Source of the DNA: Lama glama | Taxonomy: Eukaryota | DNA length: 64,000 bases | NCBI GenBank assembly: GCA_028534125.1 | Contig: CM052817.1 | Coordinates: forward strand, 16,928,001-16,992,000 | Reading direction: 5' to 3' | Shown: piece after piece, positions 1 through 14,256 of the stretch | How positions within the stretch are numbered: the first letter of the stretch is position 1 | Layout: every line of letters starts with the position of its first letter | Program-made: the position numbers and the translations under genes | Notes under the pieces: generated by a model | The model's database searches: none | The model's input: the letters and a program-made list of their open reading frames with translations, nothing else | What the model was told of the DNA's origin: nothing

Positions 1-63
1 GTTTAACCAAATCTCTGGGCACCCCATGACCCAGTCCAGTCAACACATAAAATTAACTGTCAA
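1..63 (-). mobile_element. MLT2-type (ERVL) LTR terminus, partial
   Basis: caacacataaaattaactgtca resembles the reverse complement of the MLT2 start tgtgatggttaattttatgtgtcaac. Confidence 0.6.
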
Positions 64-434
64 AGTGGCAGAGAAGTGTGGGTCACTTGAAGAGGAGAAA
101 TGCTTGTGAGACAGGAAAATCTTCCTTGAACTCTTCCGTGGGTAAAAAATAGATTTCTATGATGTTGGAGCCATTATGCAAATATTTCCGCTGTGACATA
201 AGAGGCATTGCTGAAAAACCACACATTCAGCATAATTATACATTCAAAATAATGCTTTTAGGAATATTAGGATTATAGTCAGACTACTAAAAATTTACAC
301 AACTTTTTAATGAGAGCACTAACAAAAACAGTAATTGGTACCTTGAGAGACAACTTGGACCGTCCAGGCAGGAAGCTCAGCATGGTTGGAAGTCTCTTCC
401 AGGCTATTAAAATGCTATTAAAAATAATTGTGTG

Positions 435-850
435 AAATTAGAGAGACAGAGAACAGATTAGCTATTGCTAGGGGTTAGAGATGGTGGCGGAAGAGGCTGG
501 GCATGGCTGTGAAGGAGGAGCACAAGGGAGCCTTGTGGTGCTGAAACAGTTCTGTAGCTTAGATTTGGTACTAGTTATGCTGATCTTCACATGTGATCAA
601 TTTGCCTGGATCTATACATACACACACACACACACACAATGCAGGTAAAAATGGTCAAATCTGAAGAAGCTCTATGAATTATACCAATGACCAATGTCGG
701 TTTCCTGGCTTTGATATCGTACTACAGTCATGCAAGATGTTCCCATCGGGGAGACTGGGTGCAGGGTGTGTGGAACCTCCCTGTACACTTTTTTTTTGTG
801 ATATTTCTGACAAATCTGTAATTATCCCCAAATCAAAATTTTTTTAAAAA
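435..850 (+). mobile_element. Old L1 (L1MC-like) 3' end containing (CA)n
   Basis: gagaacagattag..tgctaggggttag, ggaacctccctgtac, A-rich end; (CA)n at about 617-638. Confidence 0.65.
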
Positions 851-1419
851 TTGGGCAAAAATGCCGTCTGTGGTTGTAGAAGTAATACAGATGGAAAGGA
901 AGCTCTGAGCTGGGTGGGCTGCATCTGGGCCACCAGAGGAGGAGACACAGGCTGCCCTGAGCAGGATGGGGAGGATACCTGTCTGGAAAGGGAGCCCAAG
1001 ATATTGCATTTATTTTTATTTTCTTAACAAATATGTGAAAGAGTTCTTGCCTGTGTGTCAGCCAAGCTGAGGGCTTTTTCTATTCTCGTCAAGGGTTATA
1101 ATTCTACTGTCACTGTTCAAGCTCTTCTTCTTTCAAAGCATGTTAATGTTTTGGATTTGGTTTGTTTTCTCTCTTTGTTCCAGATCTATGTAGTCATTTA
1201 GAAAGATATACTTGACTGCACGTGGGACATTTGCAAAATATAAGCCGTAAAATATTTAAGGGACAGGCAGCTTCAAATCCTATGAACAGGCCTGCCCTTC
1301 GTGGAGATGTCCAGGCATATATTTCTAGGAACAGGCTTCTGTAGATTGTTGATGTCCTAGTGTGTAAAGGAATGCACAAGACTCAATCAGAACATAGTTG
1401 GTGACTGTAAAAGCCCTCA

Positions 1420-1610
1420 ACTCAGAGGTCTTAACCATCAGTGCATAGGAATCACTAGGGGCATTTGCTTAAAATGCTGGTACCTGATCTCCTATTCCCA
1501 GAGTTTCTGAGTCCTTTGGTTGATGGATAAGGTCCAGGGATAGGCAGTATAACAAGCACCCCAGACAGTGTAGCTGCTGCCTGTCTGAGGATCTCTCTTT
1601 GAAAAACACA
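1420..1610. mobile_element. MER5-type hAT DNA transposon
   Basis: ggaatcactagggg..ttaaaatgc..aacaagcaccccag..ctttgaaaaacac pattern. Confidence 0.6.
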
Positions 1611-4469
1611 GACTTACATCCTCAACAAGGAGGAGGCTGGCCCACTAGCTTTTAAGTATTTAGCCAAGTTCCTGCTGAAATAGTGCAATTTGGCTGAACA
1701 GCGAGCTGTGGAAGAGATGAGTAGAGGCAATGCTTCAAAGACATGCTGAGCAAACTGAAAGCAAGTTAAAGCACCGTGACATTGCTTCCAATAGCCCCAG
1801 ATTGACAGCAGCTGACAGTTGTGCTGGTACCAGTGTCACCTCTGAATACAAAGAACATTGGATATTTTGACTTATTTCAGCAGGGATAAAATGTTAGGGA
1901 GGAAAATATTCCTCTAACTAGTTTCCTCCTCTGAAGCGTCAGTGTAGAATAATAATGCCTTATATTCATGCATCAGCTTTCCAATCACCAACTTATTCGA
2001 AGCCATCACAAGAGAGATCTTTTAAATTATCTGCCCTTAGGCAAATGGTGCATTTCTTGAAATTCCTTGAATGTTGAAAAAAATGCACTTTTGAAAAACA
2101 CATCCCAAGTTCTTTATAGCTTAGAAACATTTCCTTCTAGGGGTGTTAGGAGATGTCCAGTGGAAGGAAAAGTGACTACAACCAGAGGCAGAACACTGGT
2201 TAGCAGATGGTTAAAACATCAAGGAAAATTCCCTGTCCGTGGAACACTGTGTTGCATTTGAATTTATAAAAATTATGAGAGCTATTTTTGCCAAACACTG
2301 TCCCTAACATTTATTGAAGCACATCCTTCTCACACTCCCGGAGACTCTGAAATCTGTCTGATCCATTTTTAGACTTTAGGTTTGCGATATTATTGGCTTC
2401 TCAAGGACAAAGACTATAGTTCATTGGTTTTGTATACTCAGCATTTAGTACACTCATTATCCAATATATAAAAGATATCAAATAATGTTGAAAGAATGAA
2501 AGATCTCTTTTAGAATGCGCTAGCCGAGGAGAATTCAGAATGGAGCAGAAGGAGGGGAGGGGAAGGGTATCTCCTGGCCCCCTCCTTCCTTTTGCTTTGA
2601 AATTCATAGTACCTAACAATTTGTTCAGATCCAAAGAGTTAACCAGGCTAGATGAGGTGGTGGTGGGACTTTGGTAAACCAGAGGGAGCAGTGGAGAGTA
2701 AGAACCAACAAGTACCCCCCCACAAGCAGGAGATCTTCAACACGTAAGAGTAAGTTCCAAGGCAGGCTGCCCAAATAGTAGTGTTTTAATCAATGAAGCA
2801 ATGAGTGAATGAATCTCCACCTTTGCAGGTAAAGAAACAGGCTCAGAGAGGGAAAATTACTTGCCCCAAAGGCACAGTCAATCATTTGAAGATCGAACAC
2901 TGCTCACACTGCCTCAGCCCCTCACTTCTGCTCTGAAGCAAGGACATGAGTTTGTTCTATAACAAAGGAACATAAATGATTTATTAATATTCAAGTGCCC
3001 ATTTACCAGATCATCTGTATTTCCTGTAGAAGGCTTATTTCCTCAAACACCTGAGTCATAACTCCAAGGACATGCTGATTCTCTCAGAAATTACAGACTC
3101 AGCCTCCGCATTCACAATGGCAGCTTCACTTTCAAGGGCAAACCATCACTAATGTACTTTACCTCACAGTAAACAGCTTCTAGAGAATTTCCCCTGGAGA
3201 GATAATATGACCAGAGATAAAAACACTTGCCCAAAGACTGGGTCTCATTGACCGAATCAAGCCACTTACTTAGCTTCATGAACTTTTTCTTTTCCAGTTA
3301 CACTGAAAAAGTATAACTAATGTAAAGGAGGAAAAAAAAAATTACCTTTTTCCTCTGGCCTCTTAGGTTCAGGAGAAAATGTTTATTATTACTTACCTAA
3401 CTGGATGCTTTCACAGAAAATAAGACCCAAAGACATGGATAGGCCTGAGAGCTTATATGTACCTTTTTAACAAAGAATGATAAATTGTGCAGACATGACA
3501 AGACAAATGAAAAAGGGGGTTGGGCTACGGATGGTAAATTGTGGAAAAGTGACTATAAAATATAAGGAGGAATATATACATAAATAACCCTTAAACAATT
3601 GGGAATTTTAAAACAAAACAAAATTAAACAACTTGGGTCAAAGAGAATTCAAAACTGAAAAACTGTGTGGAAATTAACAACAAGGAAAATATTTTATATC
3701 CAAGCTTATAGGCAGAGGTAGTGCAATACTCAAAAGGAAATGTGTAGACTTAAATGCCCTCATTATTTTAATAATCTGAAGACAAATGAAATATGTGGTC
3801 ACTTTAAGAAACTAGAAAGAGAACAAAATAAAACAAAGCAGGAAAAGGTAATAAATAAAGACAAAAGCCAAAATTAATCAAAGGGAAAATAAAAGGCAAT
3901 GGAAAGAAAGTATTCTAAACTTATTTTTGAAAAAACATTAAATATTAATGAATTAAATGGTTATTATCAGCAAATCCAATCCAATTGTATGCTGGAAGGA
4001 TGGTTATACCACTTCATGTCAGTTTTATTTCAGCATTGCTAGAATGGTTCAACATTATGAAATAATGTATCAGGAAAATATGTTGCATCAAGATAAGGAA
4101 GAAAACTATAATTATATCAATAAATGCCAGCAGAACTGACCAGAGACACCAGACTGCATTCAACACTCCTCTGGTTTTAAAGGTTATCAGACCTAATTCT
4201 GTTCTACAAGGGAGGTCACAATTCTTCGAGTAATAATAAAAGCAGAATGCCCCTGACTACAAGCTCCCTTACTCTCCTTTTCCCACCAGAAATATTTCTT
4301 ATAAAGCAATAGGTGCATATTTGTATTAACTAAAAAGCTGTCTCCTCTACTGCCTTCATCATAAATCATCTCAGGCATGCAGTGAAGGATCCCCCTGCAA
4401 ATACAGATCGCCATGTGGGCCCTCTGACTTGTGCACAAGAGATTCTAGATAACTGTAAATGGGGAGGAT

Positions 4470-5600
4470 GCCTGTCTCGGTAAATGACACCACCATTCAT
4501 CCATGTGCTCGGGCCAAGAAACCAGTGAGCTGCCTTGATTCTCTGTCCACCCCTAGCCCCTCTTCTAATCCATCAGTGTCTCAGCTCAGGCTGCCATAAC
4601 AATATACCACAGAGTGAGTGGCTTAAACACAATAATTTGTCACAATCAGGAAGCTGGAAATCCGAGATCAGGGTGCCTGCCAGGTTGGTTAGGGTGAGGC
4701 CCCTCTTCCTGGCTGGTGAGGAGGTTCTTCCTCTTCTTCTAGGGGTACCTATCCTACTATGGAGGCCCCACCCTCATGACCTCGTCTAATCCTAATTTCT
4801 TTCCAAAGGCCCCACCCCTAACACCATCACATTGTGAGTAGGGGTGGGGAGTTAGGGCCTCAACATATGAACTTGAGGGACATAAACATTCAGTCCATAA
4901 CAGTCAGCAGGTCCTAAAGTTCCACCTTCAAAATACATCCCCAGATCCAGCCAGCGTCTCCCCACCCTCACACTGGTCCAAGTCGCCATCATCCCTCTCC
5001 TAGATTGTTGCAGTGCCTCTCCACTGGTCCCCTGCTTCCACTGCTTCCCCCACTGCAGCTAGAGTGATCTTTTTGAAACATAAATGAGATTCTGTTGCTT
5101 TCCTGCCTCAAACCCTTTAATGTTTCCCATTGTTTTCAGACACCTATCGGAGCCTCTGATCTCACCGCCTGCTGCTTGTCACCTTACTCACTCCCACTCT
5201 GCCATGCTGGCCTTCCTGCTGTTTCTCAAATACCCACCACTCATTCCCACCTCGGGCCTTTGCATTTTAGGTGACTCTGCTGGGGATGCTCTTCTCCCAA
5301 ATCTTTGCGTTGCTGACTTCCTCAAGTCTTGCTTTATGTCACTGCCTCGGAAAGTCCTTCCCTGAATGGACCATCCTATGCCAGCCTCCCTTCCCCAAAC
5401 TCTAGCCTTTCACCCTGCTTTATTTTTCTTCAAGTGCATATCTCTGTCTAACATATTAAATTGTTACTTGTTTTTGTCTGCCTCCCGCACTAAAAAGTTC
5501 TCTGGAAGGCAGACACTTTCCTTGTTCACTGTTCTGTTCTTAATGCCTAAAAGGTACTTGGCCCCTAATAGGTGCTCAGTAAATAACTGTTGGAGGAATA
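4470..5600 (+). mobile_element. L2 3' region interrupted by an MLT1A-like LTR (about 4575-4905)
   Basis: L2 motifs (caccaccattcatcca, agagtgatcttttt, taggtgctcagtaaata); MLT1 motifs (ggctgccataacaatataccacag, aaacattcagtccataaca). Confidence 0.7.
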
Positions 5601-5869
5601 CGTGGAAATTTCTCCATTGTCATCTCCATATATTGCCAATCCCTAAAGTTGAGGGTCTCCAATTTTGAGGTTTGAGTGGTATCATAGATTAGGTTCCCCG
5701 GGAAGCGGACTCTGAAATGGAGATTAGCTTACAGGTTGTTTATCAGCACCTGTGGGAGGAAGGGAGGAAAGCAGGATTGGGCAGTGGGAGAAGTCGAGGT
5801 GTGATGCAGTCTTAGCAGGAGCTTCAGCCAGCCTTACGAGGAGTTCTGAAGACAGACTGACCCTTTGAA

Positions 5870-6305
5870 ACTGTCCCCCCAAAGAAGTCATGTCCATATA
5901 CTAATCTCTGGAACCTGTGATGTGACCTTATTTGGAAACAGGATCTTTACTGGAGTAATTAAGTATCGCAAGGTGAGATCATTGTGGATTACCTGAGGAA
6001 TTACCTAATACCAATGACAAGTGTCCTTAGAAGAGACAGAAGAGGAGAAGACACAGGGTGAAGAGGTGGCTATGTGCTGATGGAGGCAGAGATTGTAGTG
6101 ATGCAGCCACATGCCAAGCAACGCCTGGAGCCACCAGAAGGTGGAAGAAGCAAGGAAGAATCCTCCACTAGAGGCTTCGGAAGAAGCACAGCTTGCCAAC
6201 ATATTGATTTTGGACTTCTGGCCTCCAGAACTGTGAGAGAATAAATTTTTGTTGTTTTAAGCCACCAAGTTAGTGGTGATTTGTTATCCCTAGGAAATAA
6301 ATGCA
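5870..6305 (+). mobile_element. MLT1C/D-like MaLR LTR
   Basis: gtgaccttatttggaaa..gagccaccagaag..ttctggcctccagaactgtgagagaataaatt..gttttaagccacc. Confidence 0.8.
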
Positions 6306-8843
6306 CAGTCCAAATAAGTAAAACCAAGTCAAAAGCAAGGCAGATTGTTTAATAAAATCATGATGTATCAAGCTCAACCACTTAGCCAAAATGTTCAGCC
6401 TCCTAAACTATAGATCTTCTATGCATATATCACTTTGAAAATGAATGTTCATGTCATTTGTGAGACAGAATTATTTGGAGACTTGTATTTTGATTTCCCC
6501 AAGGGTAACAAACCTTGTCTCTTTTTTAAGATCGTACCACTACTATGCATCATTCAGGAACAATGAGACATTTGATCGTCCATGACAACTTTTCCAAGTG
6601 CGATATTAGAAACAAAGCAGGGACCACCTAGAGATAAATGCACGTTACGGCATGTCTGTATAAGCCATTTTTGTCTTATTTATTATGACTTCGTGTAGGA
6701 CTCATTCAAATACATTCAGCAAGCACTTACTGTGCACCCAGCAGACGCCAGCATCACTGCTGAGTGCTGAGCAGTCAGAGATGTGCTAGATAACAGTTCT
6801 TGTGGTTTAGTTGAGAAAATTAAAGTATACTGAGAGAGGCAAAGTCTCTTATGGTATGGTGCGTGTGACAAGTGAGAAAGCACAGTGGCAATGGGAGTGC
6901 AAATAGAGGCGCCTGTCACCCATGGAACCTGGGCTGAATCTTGAAAGCATGGTTGACTGGACTGGGGGTGGGACACACAGCATCAGGAAGCAGTGAGTGA
7001 GAGCATGGAGGTCTGGGAAACTGCCCGAGGGCCAGGATACCTGGATTAGAGAATTATATTTCAGAAAGGCTGAAGATGCAAATAGACTTGCCATGGTGAA
7101 GGGTCCTGATAAGGGGTTCAGATTTCATCTGTAAAAACATCAGAGTGCCATGAAAGGGTTTTACCCTCACCAGTTACTGAGTGATATGATCAGATTGCTT
7201 TTTGGAAACGTTCGTGTGCTGGTATATGGATGTTGGATGGGGCAGGAGTAGTCAAGGAAGCCAGGTTAAGAGGCTGTTGCAGCCATCCCTCCAGACTTCT
7301 TGAAAACCTGGCAGTAGCAATAGGGGTAAAGAGAAGGAAAGAGCCTGGAGAGGGTGTTAAGGGGCTAGTTCTTAGGACCAGATCTGGGGTTGGCGGGAGG
7401 CAGAAGTAGTTTTTGAAAATCACTGGAACTCCATTTTTTGAACTCCAGAAAGATTAAGTACTGCCTTTTTATTCATCTCTGTACCAGCCCAGCCACTTGT
7501 ATGAAATAAGTCCTCAATTTCTTAGTAGTTGAATCAAATTTCCTAGGTTTCTATTAGGAACTGAAGTTCCAGGTACTTTCCACAGCGCTCTCGAAATACC
7601 CTTCACTTTCAAGTATATAAAGCTGTTATGAGAGAGAATTTACGGCTCTCAGAAGGGCCTCCTGTTTTTGTTCGTCTGCCCATTTAGCAGCTTCTCACTG
7701 AATTAATGGCCTGGTGCATGAATCATGGCAACTACCCGTGCAGAATTAAGTGCTAACAAGAGGTTTCAGGAGCGCAGTCTCTGGTGCTGCCTGGAGCCCC
7801 AGGCAAAGGTCGGTCATGGTTGAACCCTCCACCCCAACCCACCCCCGCCCCCAGGCCTCTCAACTGGCATTGCTAGCATACATATTGATACTCATTCTGT
7901 AGAAAGACCCGCAGTTCGGGTCTCTCTAGCTACAATCCCTAAAGAAATTCCTATAGCACTGCCAATGGAAGGAAGCCTTTTTAAATCACTTTATGACTGA
8001 CTGAGCAAGCAAAGCACTGTGCTCCTGAAGCACTGGATACCACTGAATAGTAGACTGGCTTCCTGAAGGCAGAGTACTTCCAAAGTGCTTTGACATGTAG
8101 ACTTTTACATCAAGAAGAGAAAAAACCAGAGAACATAAGACTATACAGGAACAGCGTGGGTAGCAACAGCATGGAGTCATTCAAGAGGGAGAGGTGACTT
8201 GGGGCTGGATTGGACAGAGAAAGCCTTGAAGAGATGACTTGAGTTGGGTCTCTAAAGACAGTTAGGACTTAGCCAAAGTTCTGGAGGGAGGGCTATTGGC
8301 AGTCTGGGGCTGGATGATTCATTCATGGTATAACACTTAGCATCCCTGACTCCTGCCCACTAAGCATCAGGGATCCAAAATGCTCCCTGACACACACACA
8401 TTTCCAGATACCCTCTGGAGGGCTGTACTTTCCAGGGCATGAACCACTGATGGACAGAAAAGGGACTGTGAGAGAGTGATTCAAATGGAGGAGACCAAGG
8501 TGGGGGAGAGGACACATGAGACATTCTCAGACCACTGGTAGAGCATTGTGATGGTGGTAGAGGATGCAAGGGAAAAACAACATTTAAAGCAAGCTAAAAA
8601 TCAGGTTTGTTATTAAATGCTATTCATGACACATCTAAATGGCCCCCAAAGACCATGTTAAACACTAATGTCAGGTCTAATTAAGAAGTCAAAGGCATGT
8701 AGCAGATGGAATATGAGCTCTGACCTCAGACCTACTTTGAATCCCAGCCCCACCACTTACTAGCTACTTCCTGGGCAGGTTACTCAGGTTCCCTCAGCCT
8801 GCCTTATCAACTTCAAAATGAAGATCGTACTTCCTCAAAGAGC

Positions 8844-9281
8844 TGTTGGAATCTCTTCGTGTTGGAGGAGGCCATTGAGAGGACATGACTCCAGATGACC
8901 CTCAAGCTGGACCCAGGCAATCAGAGGCTTCTCACCCCCTGCCCCCTTGTTCTTGGAATGTGCATTCTGCCCACTGCCCTAGGAGCCACTTCAAGGACAC
9001 ATCCTTAGAAGGGCAATGTGTTACTGAGAATCTAGACAGTATATGTGACTGAACCCCATTAAGGCTTCTACACAAACTCTTAAGATTCTGGTGCATAAGT
9101 GGGGAAATCTACTTACATTGCAACCAACCAAGACAAATCTTGTACGTAAGGTCCCTTGCTTATTAAAACTGCCAGCTACCAATCTGCAGTGGTCTGTCTC
9201 TTTCTTTGGATCTCCATGTTCTCCATGTATAAGGACCAGTTTCGAATTTCACCAGGGAACTCCCAAGGTTGCCAACCAACA
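8844..9281 (+). mobile_element. Solo ERV LTR inserted at a MIR
   Basis: TGTTGG...CCAACA terminal inverted repeat, ATTAAA poly(A) signal, flanks gagc/cagc (imperfect 4-bp TSD). Confidence 0.6.
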
Positions 9282-9429
9282 CAGCAATCTGATATTAAAA
9301 ATATTTGAGCCTTGACATAACTATTTTGTAAATGAATATATGTTCTACCAGTGTACCGAATTTTTTTTATAGGTCCTTTAAATTTTGGAGGTATGTTGCT
9401 TATAGTTAGTGGGAAATTTTTTCCTCCTT

Positions 9430-10195
9430 TTTGTTAATCAGGGTAATATTTACACTAACTTGAAGTGTCCAGTTTGGTGAATTTTTGTAATCTCGTACAA
9501 TCATTTAGCACCACGATCAAGAAATAGAATAATTTTCTCACCCTAAAAAGTTTTCTCGTACCCATTTGTACTCAATCATCTCCTTTCACCCTGGCCCCAA
9601 GCAACCAGTGATCTGCTTTCCATCATTAGAGTTCTGCAAATTATAGAATTTCACATAAATGGACTCACAGAGTATGAGATGTTTGTATTTGACTTCTTTT
9701 GCTTAGCATAATATTTTTGAGATGTATCCGTATTGTTGTCTACATTCATATTTCCTTCTTTTTATTGCTGAGTAGTTGTCCGTGTTACCCCACACTTTCT
9801 CCACTCAAAGGTGATGGATATTTGATTCGTTTCCAGTTTGGGGCTGTTATGAATAATGGTGCTAAAGCCATTCAGATACATGTTTTGCCTGGATACATAT
9901 TTTCATTTCTCCCAGGTGAATACTAACAAGTAGAACTTCTGCTTATGTGGTATGGTTGTATAGTAACGAATATTTAACTTTTTAAGGGAATGTCATACTG
10001 TTGGCCACAGTGACCGTATTCCCACCAGAATTGTATGAGAGCCCCAGTTGCATCACATCCTTGCCAACACTTGGTTGTGTCGATCTTTTTCACTTTCTCC
10101 ATTCTAGTGTATAGTGGTATCTCATTGTGATTTTAATTGATATTTTTCTGATGACCAATAAAGTTGGACATCTTTTCATGTGCTTATGAAAATTT
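9430..10195 (-). mobile_element. Old L1 3' region
   Basis: gaatttcacataaatgga, ttccagtttggggctgttatgaataat, gtggtatctcattgtgattttaattg. Confidence 0.8.
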
Positions 10196-10649
10196 TTAAT
10201 CAAAGTATTTATCAAATGAAGTGCCAAAATGCGGTTGCTGGAAGCAGGGTTAGCAAACAGGGAGACTTGAAATCTGTCCTTTCATAAGCACAAGATCTAC
10301 TGAATAAATTAAATAATGAGCCCCCAAATGATATACAATATTAATATTGAAACTCTGTAATTGCAAGTGGTATCTCCACTTGCAGGATGAATCATTTGCG
10401 GATGCACCTATTTTTAATTGGATAAATTTATGCTCTGTACTGGAATGAAATGAAATTTAGGAGGCCTATAATTATGCAGAATCATAAGTAGAGACAACTT
10501 ATTTGATGAGGGTTTTCTTATGAAATATTTGTTGAAGAAAGGTACTCTGAATGAAGGCAAAAAAAAAAGTCAGCATCTGTGAAAATGTTTGGGCTGAAAT
10601 ATTTACACATTTCAATATGCAAAACTTAAAATTATAAATATCCTCATTT

Positions 10650-11045
10650 TAGTTTGCTGGGGCTGCCATAGCAAAATACCACAGGCCGGGTGGCTGAACA
10701 GAAATGTATTTTCTCTCTGTTCTGGAAGCTAGAAGTCTAAGATCAAGGTGTTGACAGGTTTATTTTCTTCTGAGGTTTCTCTCCTTGGCTTACAGATTGG
10801 CTTACTTCTGGCTGTGTCCTCGCATGGTCTTTTCTGTGTGCTTACACATCTCTGGTGTCTTTCTTTGTCTAATTTCCTTTTCTTATAAAGATGCCAATAA
10901 GAATGGATTAGGGCCCACTCTAATGATCTCATCTTATATTAAGCGCTCTTTAAAGACCCTGTGTCCAAATGCAGCCACATTTTGACGTGCTAGGGGTTAG
11001 GGCTTCGACATAGGCGTTCTAGGGATATATAATTCAGCTCACAAC
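10650..11045 (-). mobile_element. MLT1-type MaLR LTR
   Basis: ttagtttgctggggctgccatagcaaaataccacag..tctggaagctagaagtctaagatcaaggtgttg..aattcagctcacaaca. Confidence 0.8.
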
Positions 11046-12179
11046 ACTCCTCTGTTTAGCGGACCAGTTCTGCATCCCTTTTCCTTCCACATAACACTGG
11101 AAGAAGCATGACCGCTGGCATCCAGAAACGAAACGCCCTCTGCCCTGCAATCTGCAGTCACCCTTGTGCTCTGTGTTTTCCATATGTCAGCATGGACCTG
11201 CCAGGCTCCATGGACCTCCCAGGCTCCAAAGTCCACCTGTTTAGACCAACAATATCTACCTGACCCTCTCACATTGGCATATTTTTAAGAAATAGATTTG
11301 TTTCTTCTGTTTATAAAAGTAATATATACTCATTGGGGAAAGAAAAGATCAAACACTGGTGAAGTATATAGAAGAAAATCAGATCACCCCCCAAAATACA
11401 CCAGCCAGTGACAGCCACTGTTACCACATTGGTGGCATCAAAACATCGAAGTGTATTGTCTATGCAAGTACGTGTGTGCTTTTCAATACAAAAAAATAGG
11501 AATCATGACATATATATTTTTTCAGCTTTATTTTTTCTACTTAATATATTATGGACATCTTTCCCTTTCAATAAATAGATATCTTAAGAACTACCAAAAT
11601 TCAGGCTAGCCAACCATACTCCTACCCAGCGGTAAGTGTTACTTAGACTCACTGGAATAGAGTGGAAGTTTCAGGGCTAAAAGACGTGAAGTGTTAAGCA
11701 GAGTGCGTGCTGTTCCAACCCACTGCCTGAAGCTGGGATACACAGATTACCAGGTAACGCTGGGCCCAAGTCAGCGAGGCTCAGGGAGTGACTTGGGAGC
11801 CAACAACAAGCAGCCTCGTGTCCTGCAGGCTTGAGGGGTACTGCCCTTACCTCTTGTACTGACCTTCCTCCAGGCTGAGATTGTGAACCTTGGTCAATCC
11901 CAACCACGCTTCTCTTCTCTCCCCCAGTTTCCAAATAGACACATAGAAAGCAACTCAGCACAACCTCCAACAAAGGGACTATCGAAAAGGAATTTGCAAG
12001 TATCACACATTCTCCTCCTTTGCTTAAAATACACAGTCCATCTTCTGGGAATTGGGCCCAGAGGTGCATAAGAAATACAGATGTTTGTCCTCATCTGTTC
12101 ATTTTATCTCCACAAGAAAGAAAAAACTTACAGGGCAAGAGAGTCATTAGCCCAGCAACATAAAATCCTTTTAAACAAG

Positions 12180-13420
12180 TGCTAGGTATTCCACTGCCTA
12201 ATAGAAATTGTATCAGAACTATTTCCTACTGATAGATATTTCAGGTTATTTCCAAATTTACTAAACAACACTTCAGTGAACATCTTAGATAGATATATTT
12301 TGCACTCTTGCCTTGAAATATGTCCTAAGAATATATTCTCGAAGGTAGAATCTGTGGGTTGAAGGGTATATATTTTTCAAGTTGTGATAGCTATTTCCAA
12401 TCTGCTCTCTAGAAATGTTTTAGTGGTTTATGTCATTTCAGTTATCTTGGGCATATACCTAGGAGTGAAATTGGGTCTCATGTGGTAAACCTACGTTTAA
12501 CTTTTAGAGCAACTGTCAGGTGGTATTTCAGAGCAGCTGAACCATTTTATATCCCATCAGCAACGTATGAGGGTTCCAGTTCCTCCATACCCTCCTCAAC
12601 CCTTGTTAGAATCTTTTACTTCAGCTCCCCCACTAGATGTGATGTGGTATCTCATTGTGGTTATGATTAGCATTTCTTTGGTGACTAATGCTGTGAATAT
12701 CTTCTCACGTGTTTATTGGCCATTTGTATATCTTCTTTTAAAAAAGATTTATTCAAATCCTGTGCCCATCTTTAAATGTGTAATTTTTCTTTTTAATGTT
12801 GAGTTATTAAGAGTTTCTTATATATTCTGAATAGTACTAATTCCTTATCAGATATATGACTTGAAATAATTTTCTCCCATTCTATGGATTGTCTTTTCAC
12901 TTTCTTAATAGTGTCCTTTGAAGCCCCAAAGTTGTAAATTTTGATGAAATCCAATTAATCTATTTTTTCATTGGTTGTTATGCTTTAGGTTTCATGTCTA
13001 AGAAACCATTGCTTCATCCAAGGTCAAGGACATTCACCCCTATTGGTCTTATAGTTTAAACTCTTACATTTAGGTCTTTGCTCCATTTTGAGTTATTTTT
13101 TTGTATATGATATAGTATGAGGCAGGGGTCCAACTTCATTCCTTTGCATATGGATATCCAGTTGTCCCAGCACTATTAGAAAAGACTAATCTTTTCCCCA
13201 CTGAATTGTTCTTGGAACTCTTGTCAAAAATTAATTGACCATAAATTGGCTTATTCTCAGTTCTGTTCTATTCATCTATATCCTGTCCTCATACCAGTAC
13301 CACATGGTTTTGATTTAAATAGTTTGTAATAATTTTTGAAATCAAAAAGGGTAAGTCCTCTAAGTTAGAGTTTTTTAGGGGGAGAATGTTTTGGATATTC
13401 TGAGTCCCTTACATTTCCAA
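12180..13420 (-). mobile_element. L1 ORF2/3' fragments
   Basis: atttgcatttc-like, ttttctcccattctatgg, ggtccaacttcattcctttgcatatggatatccagttgtcccagcac. Confidence 0.8.
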
Positions 13421-13756
13421 ATGTGTTTGTCTACTATTAATTTAAAAAGTACTTTCTATATTAAGAATAGTAATCCTTTATCTATTAAACATCTTACTAT
13501 TTTCCCTTGTATATTGTTTATTTTTTCTATTCAGTAGTTTTAATGTTTAATTAATTTAATCCATTAACCTTTCATTCACAGCTTAGGGATTTGGCTATGG
13601 CTTTTTGGAATCTTAATCTTTGTTCTGCCTCAGCCTACAATAGTTATTTAATCCTCCCACCCCGGATCACTATGAAACTCAGACTCCACTGTACCTGTGT
13701 CATAGCATTTGTTAGTCTCTTCTTAAGTAAATAGTGTGAAAGACTGAAAATGCCCC

Positions 13757-14256
13757 NNNNNNNNNNNNNNNNNNNNNNNNNNNNNNNNNNNNNNNNNNNN
13801 NNNNNNNNNNNNNNNNNNNNNNNNNNNNNNNNNNNNNNNNNNNNNNNNNNNNNNNNNNNNNNNNNNNNNNNNNNNNNNNNNNNNNNNNNNNNNNNNNNNN
13901 NNNNNNNNNNNNNNNNNNNNNNNNNNNNNNNNNNNNNNNNNNNNNNNNNNNNNNNNNNNNNNNNNNNNNNNNNNNNNNNNNNNNNNNNNNNNNNNNNNNN
14001 NNNNNNNNNNNNNNNNNNNNNNNNNNNNNNNNNNNNNNNNNNNNNNNNNNNNNNNNNNNNNNNNNNNNNNNNNNNNNNNNNNNNNNNNNNNNNNNNNNNN
14101 NNNNNNNNNNNNNNNNNNNNNNNNNNNNNNNNNNNNNNNNNNNNNNNNNNNNNNNNNNNNNNNNNNNNNNNNNNNNNNNNNNNNNNNNNNNNNNNNNNNN
14201 NNNNNNNNNNNNNNNNNNNNNNNNNNNNNNNNNNNNNNNNNNNNNNNNNNNNNNNN
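13757..14256. other. Assembly gap (500 N)
   Basis: Run of exactly 500 N, probably a placeholder scaffold gap. Confidence 0.99.
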